Origin: Macrostomum lignano
Lineage: Eukaryota
DNA: 64,000 nt
Assembly: GCA_002269645.1 (NCBI GenBank)
Contig: NIVC01000875.1
Coordinates: 1 to 64,000, forward strand
Direction: 5' to 3'
A model generated the notes under the pieces. That model did no database searches and was not told the DNA's origin. It saw nothing but the letters and a program-made list of their open reading frames with translations. The first letter of the stretch is position 1. Each line of letters begins with the position of its first letter. Both the position numbers and the translations under genes were made by a program. Below, one piece after another: positions 1 through 12,945 of the stretch.

Positions 1-379
1 CTCGAGTGTCAAAAGAACCGAGCCGTGCCTGAGACACTAAAAATGTACTGTTAAAGCACAACACTTGGTATAATAGTAATTATTATTAACCAGGTAACAA
101 AACTACACATAAACTACAGCGCTAAGCAAAATCACAATTTTTATATCTGTCAACATGTTAATAAACTTATGAATACACGCGAAGACCTACTTACAACACA
201 TGAGAGTAGTAGTAATAATAGCATTTGTCGACCTTTCTTTGCATTATTCTTGAATAAAAATCCATACTTAAACAACGGGGTGAAGGGGGAAGACGACTCT
301 AGTCTAAAGCACTGCTCAGCGGGGTTCGCGACATCTTCATTCATAAAGCAATATTGCCCCACAAACTTTTGAATTCTGA

Positions 380-628
380 CAATTAACCTGACGCCTTCTG
401 ACCTTTTTAAACTTGGCTCTATCTGACAAATCTAAATTGGCGCCATCTGACAAATCTGACTTGGCGCCATCTGACAAATCTGACTTGGCGCCATCTGACA
501 AATCCAACTTGTCGCCATCTGACAAATCGACTTGGCGCCATCTGACAAATCCAACTTGACGCCATTTCAAAAATAATTTAGCGCCATTAGACAAATCTGA
601 CAAATCTGATTTGGCGCCATCTGACAAC
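380..628. repeat. Minisatellite, ~21-bp unit (TTGGCGCCATCTGACAAATC.AC-like)
   Basis: About 10 degenerate copies visible; they explain ORF 337..627. Confidence 0.9.
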
Positions 629-817
629 CAGTTGAACTCTCAAACCGCGAACCCCGCTGAGACAGGCGTAAAACAAGCAGCTGAAGAGAACAGGTTAAAA
701 TGGCGGCAGAGGCGACTCACTCAGGCGTAGAGTACTGAGCCTGCTGAGAGTGATGAAGCCTAGGCGGAGGCTGCGGCAGCTGCTGGTGCTGCTGACAGCC
801 AGCCGGTTTCGGAGGCG

Positions 818-3800
818 CTAGGCGACCGGCTCTGCAGGAGGACGGCGAGCTGTTGTCCACGCCGAGCCGTAGCCCGAGCTCGAGCCCTGCGACCCGGCAG
901 ACAGCTGACGATGGCGACGGAAAGCCGCGCTGCTGGAGGCCGAACTCCCGGCCGCTGTAGCCGCCGCCGCCGCCGCCGCCGGGGCAGCCGCAGCCGCACC
1001 TCCAGCCGCCGCTACTCCGGCGGCACTTCCGGCTCCGCTACTTCCGGAACTGCTTCCACCCGCCGTGCTTCCGCTTGGCGAGGCCAGGCCCGGACAGCGG
1101 ATTCGAACCTCGGCCAGCCAGTCGGCCAGATCCGTCTGAGTCTGCTCGTGATATTTGATGAAGTCGTGGCCGAGAAGCCGCTGGTACTTCGGCCGCAGAC
1201 TCACGTCCTTGTTAGGCTGTGAAGGATTATTTTTTTGCGAATGGGAAAATATACCGAATATGTATCGAAAAAATTATAACCTAGCATAAAAAAATGAACG
1301 AAATACTTGTACAAAATAAATGAAAAATTAAAATCGCTTGGGTAACAAAAGCCCCATTGATGGAAAATCTTAGCGATGCGGATGATAATTTGGCGCCAAT
1401 TTAGCGCCGAGGATGAGACTTTGGCGCCAATTTCAGACTTTAGGGCCAATTTAGCACAGCAGATGATATTTTGGCGACAATTTATGGCTTTAGCGCCGCA
1501 GATTTTTTGGCGCTAATTTAGCGCCAAGGATGAGATTTTAGCGCCAATTTCAGACTTTATGGCTAATTTAGGGCCGCAAATAATATTTTGGCGCCAATTT
1601 TGCGCTGCGGAGGAGACTTTGGCGCCAATTTAGCGCCGAAGATGATATTCTGGCGTCAATTTAGCGCCACTGATTATACTTTCGCGCCAATTTAACAGGA
1701 GTCGCTAAAAAGTCGTTGCAAACAACTTGCTACTGACTCTACGCAACGGAGAGGCGACCGTTAAGTCGCAAAAAAGTCGTCCCAAGAGACGTTGTGTTAT
1801 CTGTCAACTTTCTACCAACTCCAGTAGACTAAATAGAGGTGTTATAGATGCAAAATATGCGATTCAAATTCAGTGATTCTTCAGTGTCTCTACGATCCCA
1901 GAGTCGTTTCGAGTCGCAGACAATCGAAACGCCTCAAATTGATTCTTAGGCAACTCTTTGACGATTTTAGAGCCGTCTAGAAGAAAATAAAGTCAGGGCC
2001 GTCCTCGACAAGCACTTGAGGACTAATAAGAGCAATTACTGTTCACACAGGAAGCAAAAAAAAGAGAGCCAAAAAGAGAAGCTGGTCGACTTTGTGCTTA
2101 AAAAAACGGCAGTGCAAGTCAAAGGGCTGAAAATTGAGGTTTGAGATTCGCGAACGGACAGGAAAGTCAGGAATGTTCCTCATGGTTTGCTCCGGGGAAA
2201 TTCCAAATCAAAACTGCAGTGCAGCAGAACAGGCAGAAGGTTTAGACAGGCTAAAAATAGACTGACTCGAGTATCCTGCGATTTTGATAGAGACAAAAAA
2301 TGCTTCTGTTTTTTCTATTCGAGCCTAAGAAGCTTAAGAATTAGCGGGGCGGGAGCTCTGGATTAGCTGTGCGAGTATCCGCAATATTAATGGGAAACAA
2401 GACCCGACCGAGGAGAAAAATTACAATCGTTTAGAAAGTACACGCGTACTCAATAGAGTGCTAAGAAGTACTTGATTAAAATAAGCCTTGTATATTTTTT
2501 AGAGGTACACGCGTACTGCAAATTCGCAATCCTACTTAGGTAAATGGCTTATGTACTAAACGTAATTGGTACTCAGGTACCTGTGTACTAAGAAGTACAG
2601 GCGCATTTGAAGAGACAATGCGTACTTAGGCAGTGATTACTAAGGTACATACTTAGGTGCATGCGTACCTAGGTACATGCGTACTTAGGTACATGCTTAC
2701 TTAGGTCCACGCGTACTTGAATTGATGCATACTTAGGTACATGCGTACTTAGGTACATGCGTACTTAGGTACATGCGTACTTAGGTACATGCGTACTTAG
2801 GTACATGCGTACTTAGGTATATGAGTACTTAGGTTCATGCGTACTTAGGTTCATGCGTACTTAGGTACATGCGTACTTAGGTACATGCGTACTTAGGTAC
2901 ATGAGTACTTAGGTTCCTGCGTACTTGTCGCGTATTCAAGATGTAAGCAGGGAAACGCGCACTCACCAGCGAGCTACAAACTCTCGAAAATGATCGGTAA
3001 ATCCGGTCAGAGGCAGCTGCGGCGGCGGCTCGTCAACAATCCTTGTGAGCATCTCCATCTCGGTGGCGCAGTCGGCCAGCGGGTGCCGGCCGGTGGCCAG
3101 CTCCACCAGGCTGATGCCCAGGGACCAAACGTCCGACCGGATATCGTAGGGCGCGGCCAGAGTGATCCGCTCGGGCGACAGGTAGGCCGTGCAGCCGGCG
3201 GTTCGAGTCTTGGCCCGCGAGTCCTCCAGCAGGCCGGAGATGCCAAAGTCGCAGAGTTTCACTCGGCCAGATTCGCTTAGCAGCATGTTGGACGGCTTCA
3301 CGTCGCGGTGGATGATATTGTGCCGCTCCTTCAGGTAGTGCAGAGCCTGCAGGCGGTGAGAAAATAGCTTAATCATGTGAGAGGATTTCTACAGCTTCTA
3401 GGGATATCTGGAGATCTGGGAAATGCATTAGCTAGTAGATAAAAACACATGAAGGCTTCCCTAAAAGCTCATTGAGTTGCTTGTGTGAGCTGAAGGAGCA
3501 ACGGGTTAAAATTAGTAGGTCTAAATAGTACAGTACTGGCTACCATATCGCTGAAAGTATTAAGTCAGTTATCCTAAATCCCAAATAACAGTCCCTGAAA
3601 AAATCCCATCTCATCTCATCTCATTATCCCAAAGCCCACCTCAGTTGCCACAAATCCCAAACGACAGTCACAGAAAAATCTCATATCAGTTATCCTCAAA
3701 TCCCATCTCAATTATCGCCAAATCCCAAATAACAGCCACTGAAAAATCCCATCTCAGTTATCCCAAATCCCAAACGACAGTCACTGAAAAATCCCATCTC

Positions 3801-6800
3801 AGTTATCCCAAATCCCAAATGATAGTCACAGAAAAATCCCATCTCAGTTATCCCAAATCCAAAAGACAGTTACAGAAAAATCCCATCTCAGTTACCCAAA
3901 TCCCAAATGGCAGTCACAGAAAAATCCCATCTCAGTTATCTCAAATCCCAAACGACAGTCACAGAAAAATCCCATCTCAGTTATCCCAAATCCCAAACGA
4001 CAGCCACAGAAAAATCCCATCTCAGTTACCCAAATCCCAAACGACAGCCACAGAAAAATCCCATCTCAGTTATCCCAAATCCCAAACGGCAGTCACAGAA
4101 AAATCCTATCTCAATTATCCCACAGAACCGCAGCTCACCTTGAGAATTGGCACCACAATTTTGCCCAGAATCCTCTCAGGCAGCGCTCCGGCATGCCGCA
4201 TCAGCCGGTCTAAGCAGGTGGCCATCAGCTCCATGCAGACCCACACCTCCGACGGGAATATGAACACGCCGAAGCAGCGAACAATGTGCCGGCAATCGTG
4301 ACACTTGGTCACCACCTCCAGGTCCATGATCACTCGCTTGTTCTCCTCTGCATTATTGCCCGTCCGCCGCATCACCTTCACGGCCATCTGGCGGCCGCAC
4401 TGCTTCAGCCTGGCCCGCGACACCACGCCGCAGATGCCCTGGCCAAGCTCGCATTCCAGCTGGATGTCCTCACGCTGGCAGCTGATGGTGGGCCCGCCGG
4501 GGTCAAGGGTCAGCTGGCCGCTCTTCTTCAGCATCTCCTCGTAGCGCCGGTGCACCTGGTCCTCTCTGCAGGTTGAGCGTGGGTTGGCGGCGATAGATGC
4601 GAAATTAATAACAAAGACATGGAGAGAGAGTTAGTAGCTTAATAAAGACTGTTTGTTGAACGACGACCCAGTGAAGCTGAGCAGAACAAAGACCCAATGG
4701 TGATAGCAATGGTAGCTGAATAAAGACTCGATGATAGCAATGGTACCTGAACAAAGACCCAGTGGTGATAGCAATAGTAGCTGAACAAAGACCCGGTGGT
4801 GATAGCAATGGTAGCTGAACAAAGACCCAGTGGTGATAGCAATAGTAGCTGAACAAAGACCCGGTGGTGATAGCAATAGTAGCTGAACAAAGACCCGGTG
4901 GTGATAGCAATGGTACCTGAACAAAGACCCGGTGGTGATAGCAATGGTAGCTGAACAAGACCCAGTGGTGATAGCAATGGTAGCTGAACAAAGACCCGGT
5001 GGTGATAGCAATGGTAGCTGAACAAGACCCAGTGGTCAAAGCAATGGTAGCTGAACAAAGACCCGAAGATTAGCAGTGGTAGCTGAACAAAGACCCGGTG
5101 GTGATAGCAATGGTAGCTGAACAAAGACCCGGTGGTGATAGCAATGGTAGCTGAACAAGACCCAGTGGTGATAGCAATGGTAGCTGAACAAAGACCCGGT
5201 GGTGATAGCAATGGTAGCTGAACAAGACCCAGTGGTCAAAGCAATGGTAGCTGAACAAAGACCCGAAGATTAGCAGTGGTAGCTGAACAAAGACCCGGTG
5301 GTGATAGCAATGGTAGCTGAACAAAGACCCGGTGGTGATAGCAATGGTAGCTGAACAAGACCCAGTGGTGATAGCAATGGTAGCTGAACAAAGACCCGGT
5401 GGTGATAGCAATGGTAGCTGAACAAGACCCAGTGGTCAAAGCAATGGTAGCTGAACAAAGACCCGAAGATTAGCAATGGTAGCTGAACAAAGACCCGGTG
5501 GTGATAGGAATGGTAGCTGAACAAAGACCCGGTGGTAATAGCAATGGTAGCTGAACAAAGACCCGAAGATTAGCAATGGTAGCTGAACAAAGACCCGGTG
5601 GTAATAGCAATGGTAGCTGAACAAAGACCTGAACACAAAAATCAGAATTGAAGATTTTAAACCAATACAAAGCCAGTTAGAATGCACTATACAATACGCG
5701 AGGCATGAGACACGGAGAGAGGCGAGGCGTCATTCAGAGAAAGTGCATCTCAACAGGAGCCGTGGCAGCATCGATACTGACTCGAAGGCAAGAGACCCTG
5801 AGGCACCGTAATCAGTCGCGCACTAAGAGCCTGGCTCTCGTCACGCGCTATGCAACTCGGGAGGATAAACGCACTAGCAGGGTATTAATTTCTCCCCCCC
5901 ACGTACCCCTCCTGCAGCTGCCTAATTGCAAACCTAGCTGAGAGGGGGGGCGTGACCGAGGCTTCAGCCTTGAGGCCTAATCGCAAAGTCTCACCCCCTT
6001 TTCCATCTCTCACGGCAACCCCTACCGAGCAGGGATGCCTTACTGTTTTATCATCATCATCGTGGAATCTAATTATTGCGAGGCCGTACTAAGACTTTCC
6101 TGATTGAGACTATTTTTATATTCTCAAGTTAAGTACTAGCGACGCTTGAATAAGTCAGCTTCTCAACTGTTGCCTGAGACTTCATGCAAGCCAGATGAGT
6201 TCAGTACACTCGATTATCTCTCTTCATCGCTCTTATCTCACTCTCAGCGTCACTTTTATCTCACTCTCTGCATCGATCTTATCTCACTCTCTGCATCGAT
6301 CTTATCTCACTCTCAGCGTCGTTCTTATCTCACCCTCTGCATCGCTCTTATCTCACTCTCAGCGTCACTCTTATCTCACTCTCTGCATCGCTCTTATCTC
6401 ACTCTCTGCATCGTTCTTATCTCACTCTCTGCATCGCTCTTATCTCTCTCTCTGCATCGCTCTTATCTCACTCTCTGCATCGCTCTTATCTCTCTCTCTG
6501 CATCGCTCTTATCTCACTCTCTGCATCGCTCTTATCTCTCTCTCTGCATCGCTCTTATCTCACTCTCTGCATCGATCTTATCTCACTCTCTGCATCGCTC
6601 TTATCTCACTCTCTGCATCGCTCTTATCTCACTCTCTGCATCGCTCTTATCTCACTCTCAGCGTCAATCTTATCTCACTCTCTGCATCGCTCTTATCTCA
6701 CTCTCTGCATCGCTCTTATCTCACTCTCTGCATCGCTCTTATCTCACTCTCTGCATCGCTCTTATCTCACTCTCTGCGTCAATCTTATCTCACTCTCTGC

Positions 6801-9509
6801 ATCGATCTTATCTCACTCTCAGCGTCACTCTTATCTCACTCTCTGCATCGCTCTTATCTCACTCTCTGCATCGCTCTTATCTCACTCTCTCATTCACTCC
6901 CTTTAATCTAATTTATCACTTAGAAAAGGAAATAGTGAAAGTAACTCACGGACTAAATTGTACAGAATGAGCAGATGAGGGCGACGGCGTGTACTGCTGC
7001 TGCGGCAGGTCGATGGACACTGGCACGGGAAGCATGCGGCGTCGACCAAGTGGTGGTTCAGATCCAGTGCGCAGTGGCAGAGCTGTTTAAAAATTAATTA
7101 TAGCCATTTTTTAGAAATTTTGTAGCAAAATAGAAATTTGATGACATATAGGAAAGTAAGTATTTTGATACCTGACATTCATTTCTTAATTGTCAAAAAA
7201 GAACAAGAAATCATATTTTGTTTCTTTTTTCTTGTTTAAAACAATTTTATTTAAAGCAATCACTTTAATCAGTTATCTGTAATGTTTTGTCATTGTAAAA
7301 GAAGCCAACAAATATTTACCCAAATGAAAAATACCCAAAACTACCTAACATTGCTACTACTCTTGTCTTAAAAGCTGTTAAATGACCTTATAATTGATAT
7401 ACATGCCCTAAGAAAATGACAAGAAGTTTTCATACTCATTTGAATTCTAAAAAGAGCAAAAAATTAAGAATAACAAACTTTTCTCTATAAAATTGAAAAT
7501 TGTGTGAAACAATCATATTGAACTACTTAGAATGCCAACACCACTCACTATCAGTTTTAGATTATAATCTTATTGAATTTAAAGACAATATAAAAATTAT
7601 TATGAAAAATAAATACTTCTTGCATAGTTTAATAAGAGGAATGCAATGCTTAGTTATCTATTAGATAAGTTTTAGGAAATGCACTAGCAAAAAATAACAA
7701 AGAAAAAAATAGGAATTAAAAAATTTTACAAGGAAAAAACTTTAGCTTTATTTAACAAACTTCATAGTACTTAGAATATATAAATTTGGGTTTTAAGATT
7801 ATCATACTTATTCAAAATTAATTTAGGCCTATGGTCATAAAATTAAGGATTAGCTTTATTGTTTGTTAAAAATATTTCACAATATAAAAAACTTGCTAAT
7901 GACATATTAAAAATATTTATTATCTATGTTATTTTTAAAAAAGCAATAATTTTGCACCCAAATATGCACACCAATGAATTATGTAGGGCTAATGCATCAT
8001 ACATGCCCAACCTCAAAATTTCACCTATCCAGTGTGACTTAGTTCCTCCTGATTGCGACTTAGTTCTTCCTGATTGCAACTTAGTTCCTCCCGATTGCGA
8101 CTTAGTTCTTCTTGATTGCAACTTAGTTCCTCTTGATTGCGATTTGTAGTTCCTCCTGATTGCAACTTAGTTCTTCCTGATTGCGACTTAGTTCCTCCTG
8201 ATTGCGACTTAGTTCTTCCTGATTGCGACTTAGTTCCTCCCGATTGCAACTTAGTTCTTCTTGATTGCGACTTAGTTCCTCCTGATTGCAACTTAGTTCC
8301 TTCTGATTGCGACTTAGTTCCTTCTGATTGCGACTTAGTTCTTCCTGATTGCGACTTAGTTCTTCCTGATTGCGACTTAGTTCTTCCTGATTGCGACTTA
8401 GTTCCTCCCAATTGCGACTTAGTTCCTCCTGATTGCGACTTAGTTCTTCCTAATTGCAACTTAGTTCCTCCTGATTGCGACTTAGTTCTTCCTAATTGCA
8501 ACTTAGTTCCTCCTGATTGCGACTTAGTTCTTCTTGATTGCAACTTAGTTCTTCTTGATTGAGACTTAGTTCCTCCTGATTGCGACTTAGTTCCTCCTGA
8601 TTGCGACTTAGTTCTTCTTGATTGCAACTTAGTTCTTCTTGATTGAGACTTAGTTCCTCCTGATTGCGACTTAGTTCCTCCTGATTGCGACTTAGTTCCT
8701 CCTGATTGCGACTTAGTTCTTCTTGATTGCAACTTAGTTCTTCCTGATTGCAACTTAGTTCCTCCTGATTGCGACTTAGTTCTTCTTGATTGCGACTTAG
8801 TTCTTCTTGATTGCAACTTAATTTTCACTTTGTATATCACTTTTCTTGCCTGTTTCTCTTCTTTACTTTCTCTTGCTCTCTCCTCTTTTCCCTCTCTCTT
8901 TCTTTCCTCCTTCCTTTCTTTTTTTTTCTTCTTTTCCTTTCTTTCTTTCCCCAATTTTTTGGTTTTTGCATTTTTGATTTTGCGACTTACCTTGGCCAGT
9001 GGCCATTTCACCCATCTGGTTCGGATGGGTGTTGGGCATATATGTAATGCATGCTAGAAAATTCAGGCATTTAAGACACCTTCCTGATTATAAATAATAT
9101 AGTCATTTAAAATATTGTAAAAAAACAATTAAAAATAAGTACTAGGCTTTGCCTTTAATATTGTTTTATTAAAAATAATATAAAAAAATAAAATGATCTT
9201 ACATAGCTTTGCTGTTGGTCTTCGTGGGCCATCCTTCATTGCAGTAGATTGGGTAGAGCAATGACTAGTAGATGCATGACCATAACTAGGGAGAGGTAGT
9301 GCTCCTGGAGACAATGGACTACTTGTTTCTGTTTTTTGACCTTGATCAAACTTAAAATTTGATGATACAGAAACATGACGAGTGAATGTAGGAATGCCAG
9401 GTGAACTTCGTTGTCCAGCTTGTGGTGATTGTGAGAAATTTGGAGCTTTCTGATGACTTGATGCACCAAATATACCACCAAAAATAAAGTTATACTTGGC
9501 TGGCTCCAT
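818..9509 (-). CDS. MAP2K7: Dual-specificity MAP kinase kinase 7 (MKK7/hemipterous-like), 5 coding exons: 9509-9203, 7082-6950, 4565-4139, 3346-2967, 1216-818; apparent 1-nt frameshift at the start of the last exon
   Basis: Kinase motifs [21 protein letters not shown], activation loop DSRAKT (MKK7-type SxAKT), [13 protein letters not shown] and [13 protein letters not shown]. All introns are GT-AG with matching phases for exons 1-4. The exon1/2 junction creates a D-site-like RRPTAKLSLPL. Exon lengths sum to 1646 nt, one short of a multiple of 3. Confidence 0.9.
1385..1700. repeat. Degenerate tandem repeat rich in TTTGGCGCCAATTTAGCGCC in the last MKK7 intron
   Basis: Repeated ttggcgccaattt motifs seen directly. 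Confidence 0.8.
1745..1865 (+). repeat. Dispersed repeat fragment, similar to 46665-46820
   Basis: Shared blocks cggagaggcga, aaaaagtcgtcc and aactttctac.aactc.agtagactaaatagag..tata.atgca at both loci. Confidence 0.65.
2640..2925. repeat. Minisatellite, 16-bp unit ACTTAGGTACATGCGT
   Basis: About 17 near-perfect copies. Confidence 0.95.
3570..4125. repeat. Minisatellite, ~45-bp unit (CAGTCACAGAAAAATCCCATCTCAGTTATCCCAAATCCCAAACGA)
   Basis: About 12 copies filling MKK7 intron 3. Confidence 0.95.
4680..5630. repeat. Minisatellite, ~34-bp unit (GAACAAAGACCCGGTGGTGATAGCAATGGTAGCT) with 200-bp higher-order period
   Basis: Direct inspection; identical translated ORFs at 5036..5239 and 5236..5439. 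Confidence 0.95.
6205..6890. repeat. Minisatellite, 23-bp unit TCTCTGCATCGCTCTTATCTCAC
   Basis: About 29 copies. Confidence 0.95.
8030..8820. repeat. Minisatellite, 21-bp unit CTTAGTTCCTCCTGATTGCGA, followed by a pyrimidine-rich tract (8830-8960)
   Basis: About 37 copies; explains ORFs 8025..9011 and 8137..8562. Confidence 0.95.
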
Positions 9510-10197
9510 TTATGTTATGCAGAAGCTCTGCAAAGCGAAAAATAAATAACTGGCTTGCTTAAATGATGTTTTAATTAGGAACAGTGGTGAGTGGTTTCGT
9601 AGAGCTAATGCCGGCCTAGTAGAATTTTATCGGTTTTTTAATTAAAGGTTGGGATCAGTGGAGACAGTACGAAATAAAATGAACCATATTAGCAAAAATA
9701 GTAATAGTAACCTATGCTATTAAATGAAACCATAATAAAGAGATATTGCTCCGTTTTTCGCCTTTCTTTGAAACTTAAATCTTTGGCCGTATCAGGTCAT
9801 TTAGGTTAATATTAAAGCGCAGCCTTAATAAGTTTGGTATAAAGATCAGAGCAGGTTCTTAGAAAGAACTAAATATCCAAATCAAATAATCATTTTACGT
9901 ATACAAACAAAGTTTTCCAATAAAATAAAAAAGGTAACTTTTAAATTCTTCTCTTAAAAGTATTACAAGAAAAGCACTTTGTAATAACTAAAAAATAATT
10001 ATTGGCTTTAAAAAAATTAAAAAATAACCCTCACTTCAAAAGCTGCCCTTTCTAGAAATTGCATGGCTTTTTAAATGTATCTTGTATCGTCAAATCAACT
10101 GGATTTGCAGCCAAAATTTTGTGATCGTTAAGGTCATAACGACTCTAGCTTTAAATAATTCTGCAGTTTTTGTGATCGATAATTCTTTTTAGTGGAA

Positions 10198-11186
10198 ATG
10201 AAACTATATCAGCAGGTTTCAATTAAGTTATTTAATGCATCCTTTCAAACTGTGTTGGAATCGTTTGCTTCTCATGAAGGTAAGTTAGTAATTGGTAAAC
10301 TGACTTAACCAATTTTAAGACTCACAAAATTCCAAAAAATCTATTTAATTACAATTTAAAGTTGCTGAGTTTATTTACACATTTTCTGCCAAAGCTTTTA
10401 TATAAAATAAAACATCAATTTGAATTTGAAATAAAGACCATCATTTTAATTATTTTTTCATTTTAGTAATTGAAGAGCTGTGCACCATGGCAGAGTCAAC
10501 ATTTTCATCAAAACTCAATCCAAAATTGATTGCAAATGCAGCAAGTGAGTGATTTTGCTGGTTTGAAAGAAAAAAAAACATTTTAGAAGTTATTTTACAT
10601 AGAAATTCTGAATCAATTAAAGATAGTTCTTATATTAATATAATAAAAATTTTCAGGCAAATGCCAAGTTGACAAGGCTGAGATGCAGCGCCTCATTGAC
10701 TGCCTGTCACTGCTGCTCGAGACCTCAGCCAGGCTTTCCTGTGAGACCAAAGAGGTCGAAGAGTGCCTCTTGCTGTGTGGGGCGCCTGCAGGTGTAGCCT
10801 CAGGAATTGCTGCTCACACAGCAGCCAATCAAGCTGCTCTGCGAGATCACTTGGCTCACCTGGATTCGGCTGCTCTAGCCCTGTCACCATGCCAACCAAC
10901 AGCACCTTCAATGAGATCGTCTAGGCCCACCAGCCAACAGTCTCTGCCAGCATTTCACTCCCTTCGCTGGCGATTCGATGTTGAAATTGCGTCTCGTTGT
11001 CTGGGCGATCAAATTGTCCCCCTGCTGAAACTGCACCTGGTCACGCAATCAGCTGACGGCCGCCGCACCAGCCACTGGCTGCAGACTGACCCCAACAATC
11101 TGCGACATCTTGTTGAGAGTCTGGAGGCTGCTCTAACTGCTGGACAGACGAATCACGCTCAGCGAATCGTGCGCTACGTGAAGTAG
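10198..11186 (+). CDS. COMMD2: COMM domain-containing protein 2; exons 10198-10279, 10467-10544, 10657-11186 (229 aa)
   Basis: COMM domain WRFDVEIASR...LQTDPNNLRHLVESLEAAL...TNHAQRIVRYVK matches the COMMD2 C-terminus. Two upstream GT-AG exons are in phase (VIEELC...LNPKLIANAASK). Confidence 0.88.
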
Positions 11187-11369
11187 TCACTGTACAGGCC
11201 TACAATAAAACCAAGCCTTCAAAACATTCGCATGATTCCTTATCACGCTATTTCTAGTTATCCAGCAATAATTGACTGTTATTGATTCGTTATAGTCTGC
11301 GGATTTTAATAGCTTATTCTGTGGCTCTGTGGAGGGTAGGAATAATTGGTGAAAAGACAGAGGGTCCAC

Positions 11370-12022
11370 TACTCAGATCAATTTGGGTATCTGAGGACCC
11401 GATGCCCATTGCACAGATCAATTTGGGTATCTGGGGACCCCATGTCCATTGCACAGATCAATATGGGTAGCTGAGGACCCGATGCCCATTGCACAGATCA
11501 ATTTGGGTATCTGGGGACCCGATGTCCATTGCACAGATCAAAATGGGTAGCTGAGGACCCGGTGTCCATTGCACAGATCAAAATGGGTAGCTGGGGACCC
11601 GATGTCCATTGCACAGATCAAGTTGGGTATATGGGGACCCGATGTCCATTGCACAGATCAAAATTGGTAGCTGAGGACCCGATGTCCATTGCACAGATCA
11701 AAATGGGTAGCTGAGGACCCGATGTCCATTGTACAGATCAATTTGGGTATCTGGGGACCCGATGTCCATTGCACAGATCAATTTGGGTATCTGGGGACCC
11801 GATGTCCATTGCACAGATCAATTTGGGTATCTAGGGACCCGATGTCCATTGCACGGATCAATTTGGGTATCTGGGGACCCGATGTCCATTGCACAGATCA
11901 ATTTGGGTATCTGGGGACCCGATGCCCATTGCACAGATCAATTTGGGTATCTGAGGACCCGATGTCCATTGCACAGATCAATTTGGGTATCTGGGGACCC
12001 GATGTCCATTGCACAGATCAAT
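11370..12022. repeat. Minisatellite, 40-bp unit GATGTCCATTGCACAGATCAATTTGGGTATCTGGGGACCC
   Basis: About 16 copies between the convergent COMMD2 and LSM14 genes. Confidence 0.95.
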
Positions 12023-12945
12023 TAATGGTGCCACCATTACTAATATTTTGTATTACAATTAATACATTTCCTTAATCATTATTGTTTTTTCAGAGATTGT
12101 TTATCGCATTAAAATTGCTTTAATTCTGTCTAATGCGACTGTATAATTCTCATATTATGATAGCACTAGTTGACTCAAATAAAAATAACACCAACAGAAT
12201 GCAATTACAGCACGGACGCAGATTTGAACAGGAAAGTTTTTTATCCTTTTCTGGTATGAAACTTCAAAGCCCCCTTCTAGTTTATTTGGATATTTTAATT
12301 GGATTTAAATCAAAATTCGCTGGTACAAAAACCGACCATTACCGCTTCTGTTGAAACTTGAAACATTTCCCAAGCATTGGAGACGCGCCAAGAGCTGAGA
12401 GAGGCGGGGATGTGGAATTATGTATGATAAACAGTAATTATAATTAATAGTAATATAACAATAGCACAGGAAATGCAGCAAAACAAACAGGCCAAAAATT
12501 AATGAGTAAACAGATAACTTTGAGTTGGGAAGGGGAGGGGGGAATTGCAGCTCAGCTCAGATGGACAGCAGAGGAACCGGGCAGACTAACATTATACTCA
12601 TCATCACGCAATCGAATGCTGATTACGTATGAAATAGTCAATAAAAGTACAGTACGGACTTGTATAAAAAACCGGGGCAATCTCACACAGTGTAGACGCG
12701 CGAACTCAAATTATTTAGCAAGCGACCAAGTCTAAATGTACATGACAAACAATAATAGTGTGGTTATATAATAAATTAACAATTGTCTAACGAAAAAGAG
12801 TTGTTTAACTCTTATTTAATTAAATTACTTGAATATTTAATACTCCATACGAGAACTATTTGGTCAGACAATAGGAAAACAAGCAGGGCTTCAAAGTTAT
12901 GATTTTTTCACTCGCTAATTATCGATATCTGATAGCTGCTGATTT

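Noticed and set aside
5705-6020. GC-richer island in MKK7 intron 2 with a 78-aa ORF
   Set aside because: It is not needed for the in-frame MKK7 model and has no recognisable domain or termini; probably a repeat fragment.
3645-9011. Long repetitive ORFs (3645..4301, 4605..5687, 6146..6970, 8025..9011, 8137..8562)
   Set aside because: All are translations of intronic minisatellites within MKK7.
11370-12022. Regularly spaced repeats as a CRISPR array (also other arrays)
   Set aside because: The units are contiguous without unique spacers, there are no cas genes, and the context is eukaryotic.
11529-12075. Repetitive ORFs downstream of COMMD2
   Set aside because: They are translations of the 40-bp tandem repeat.
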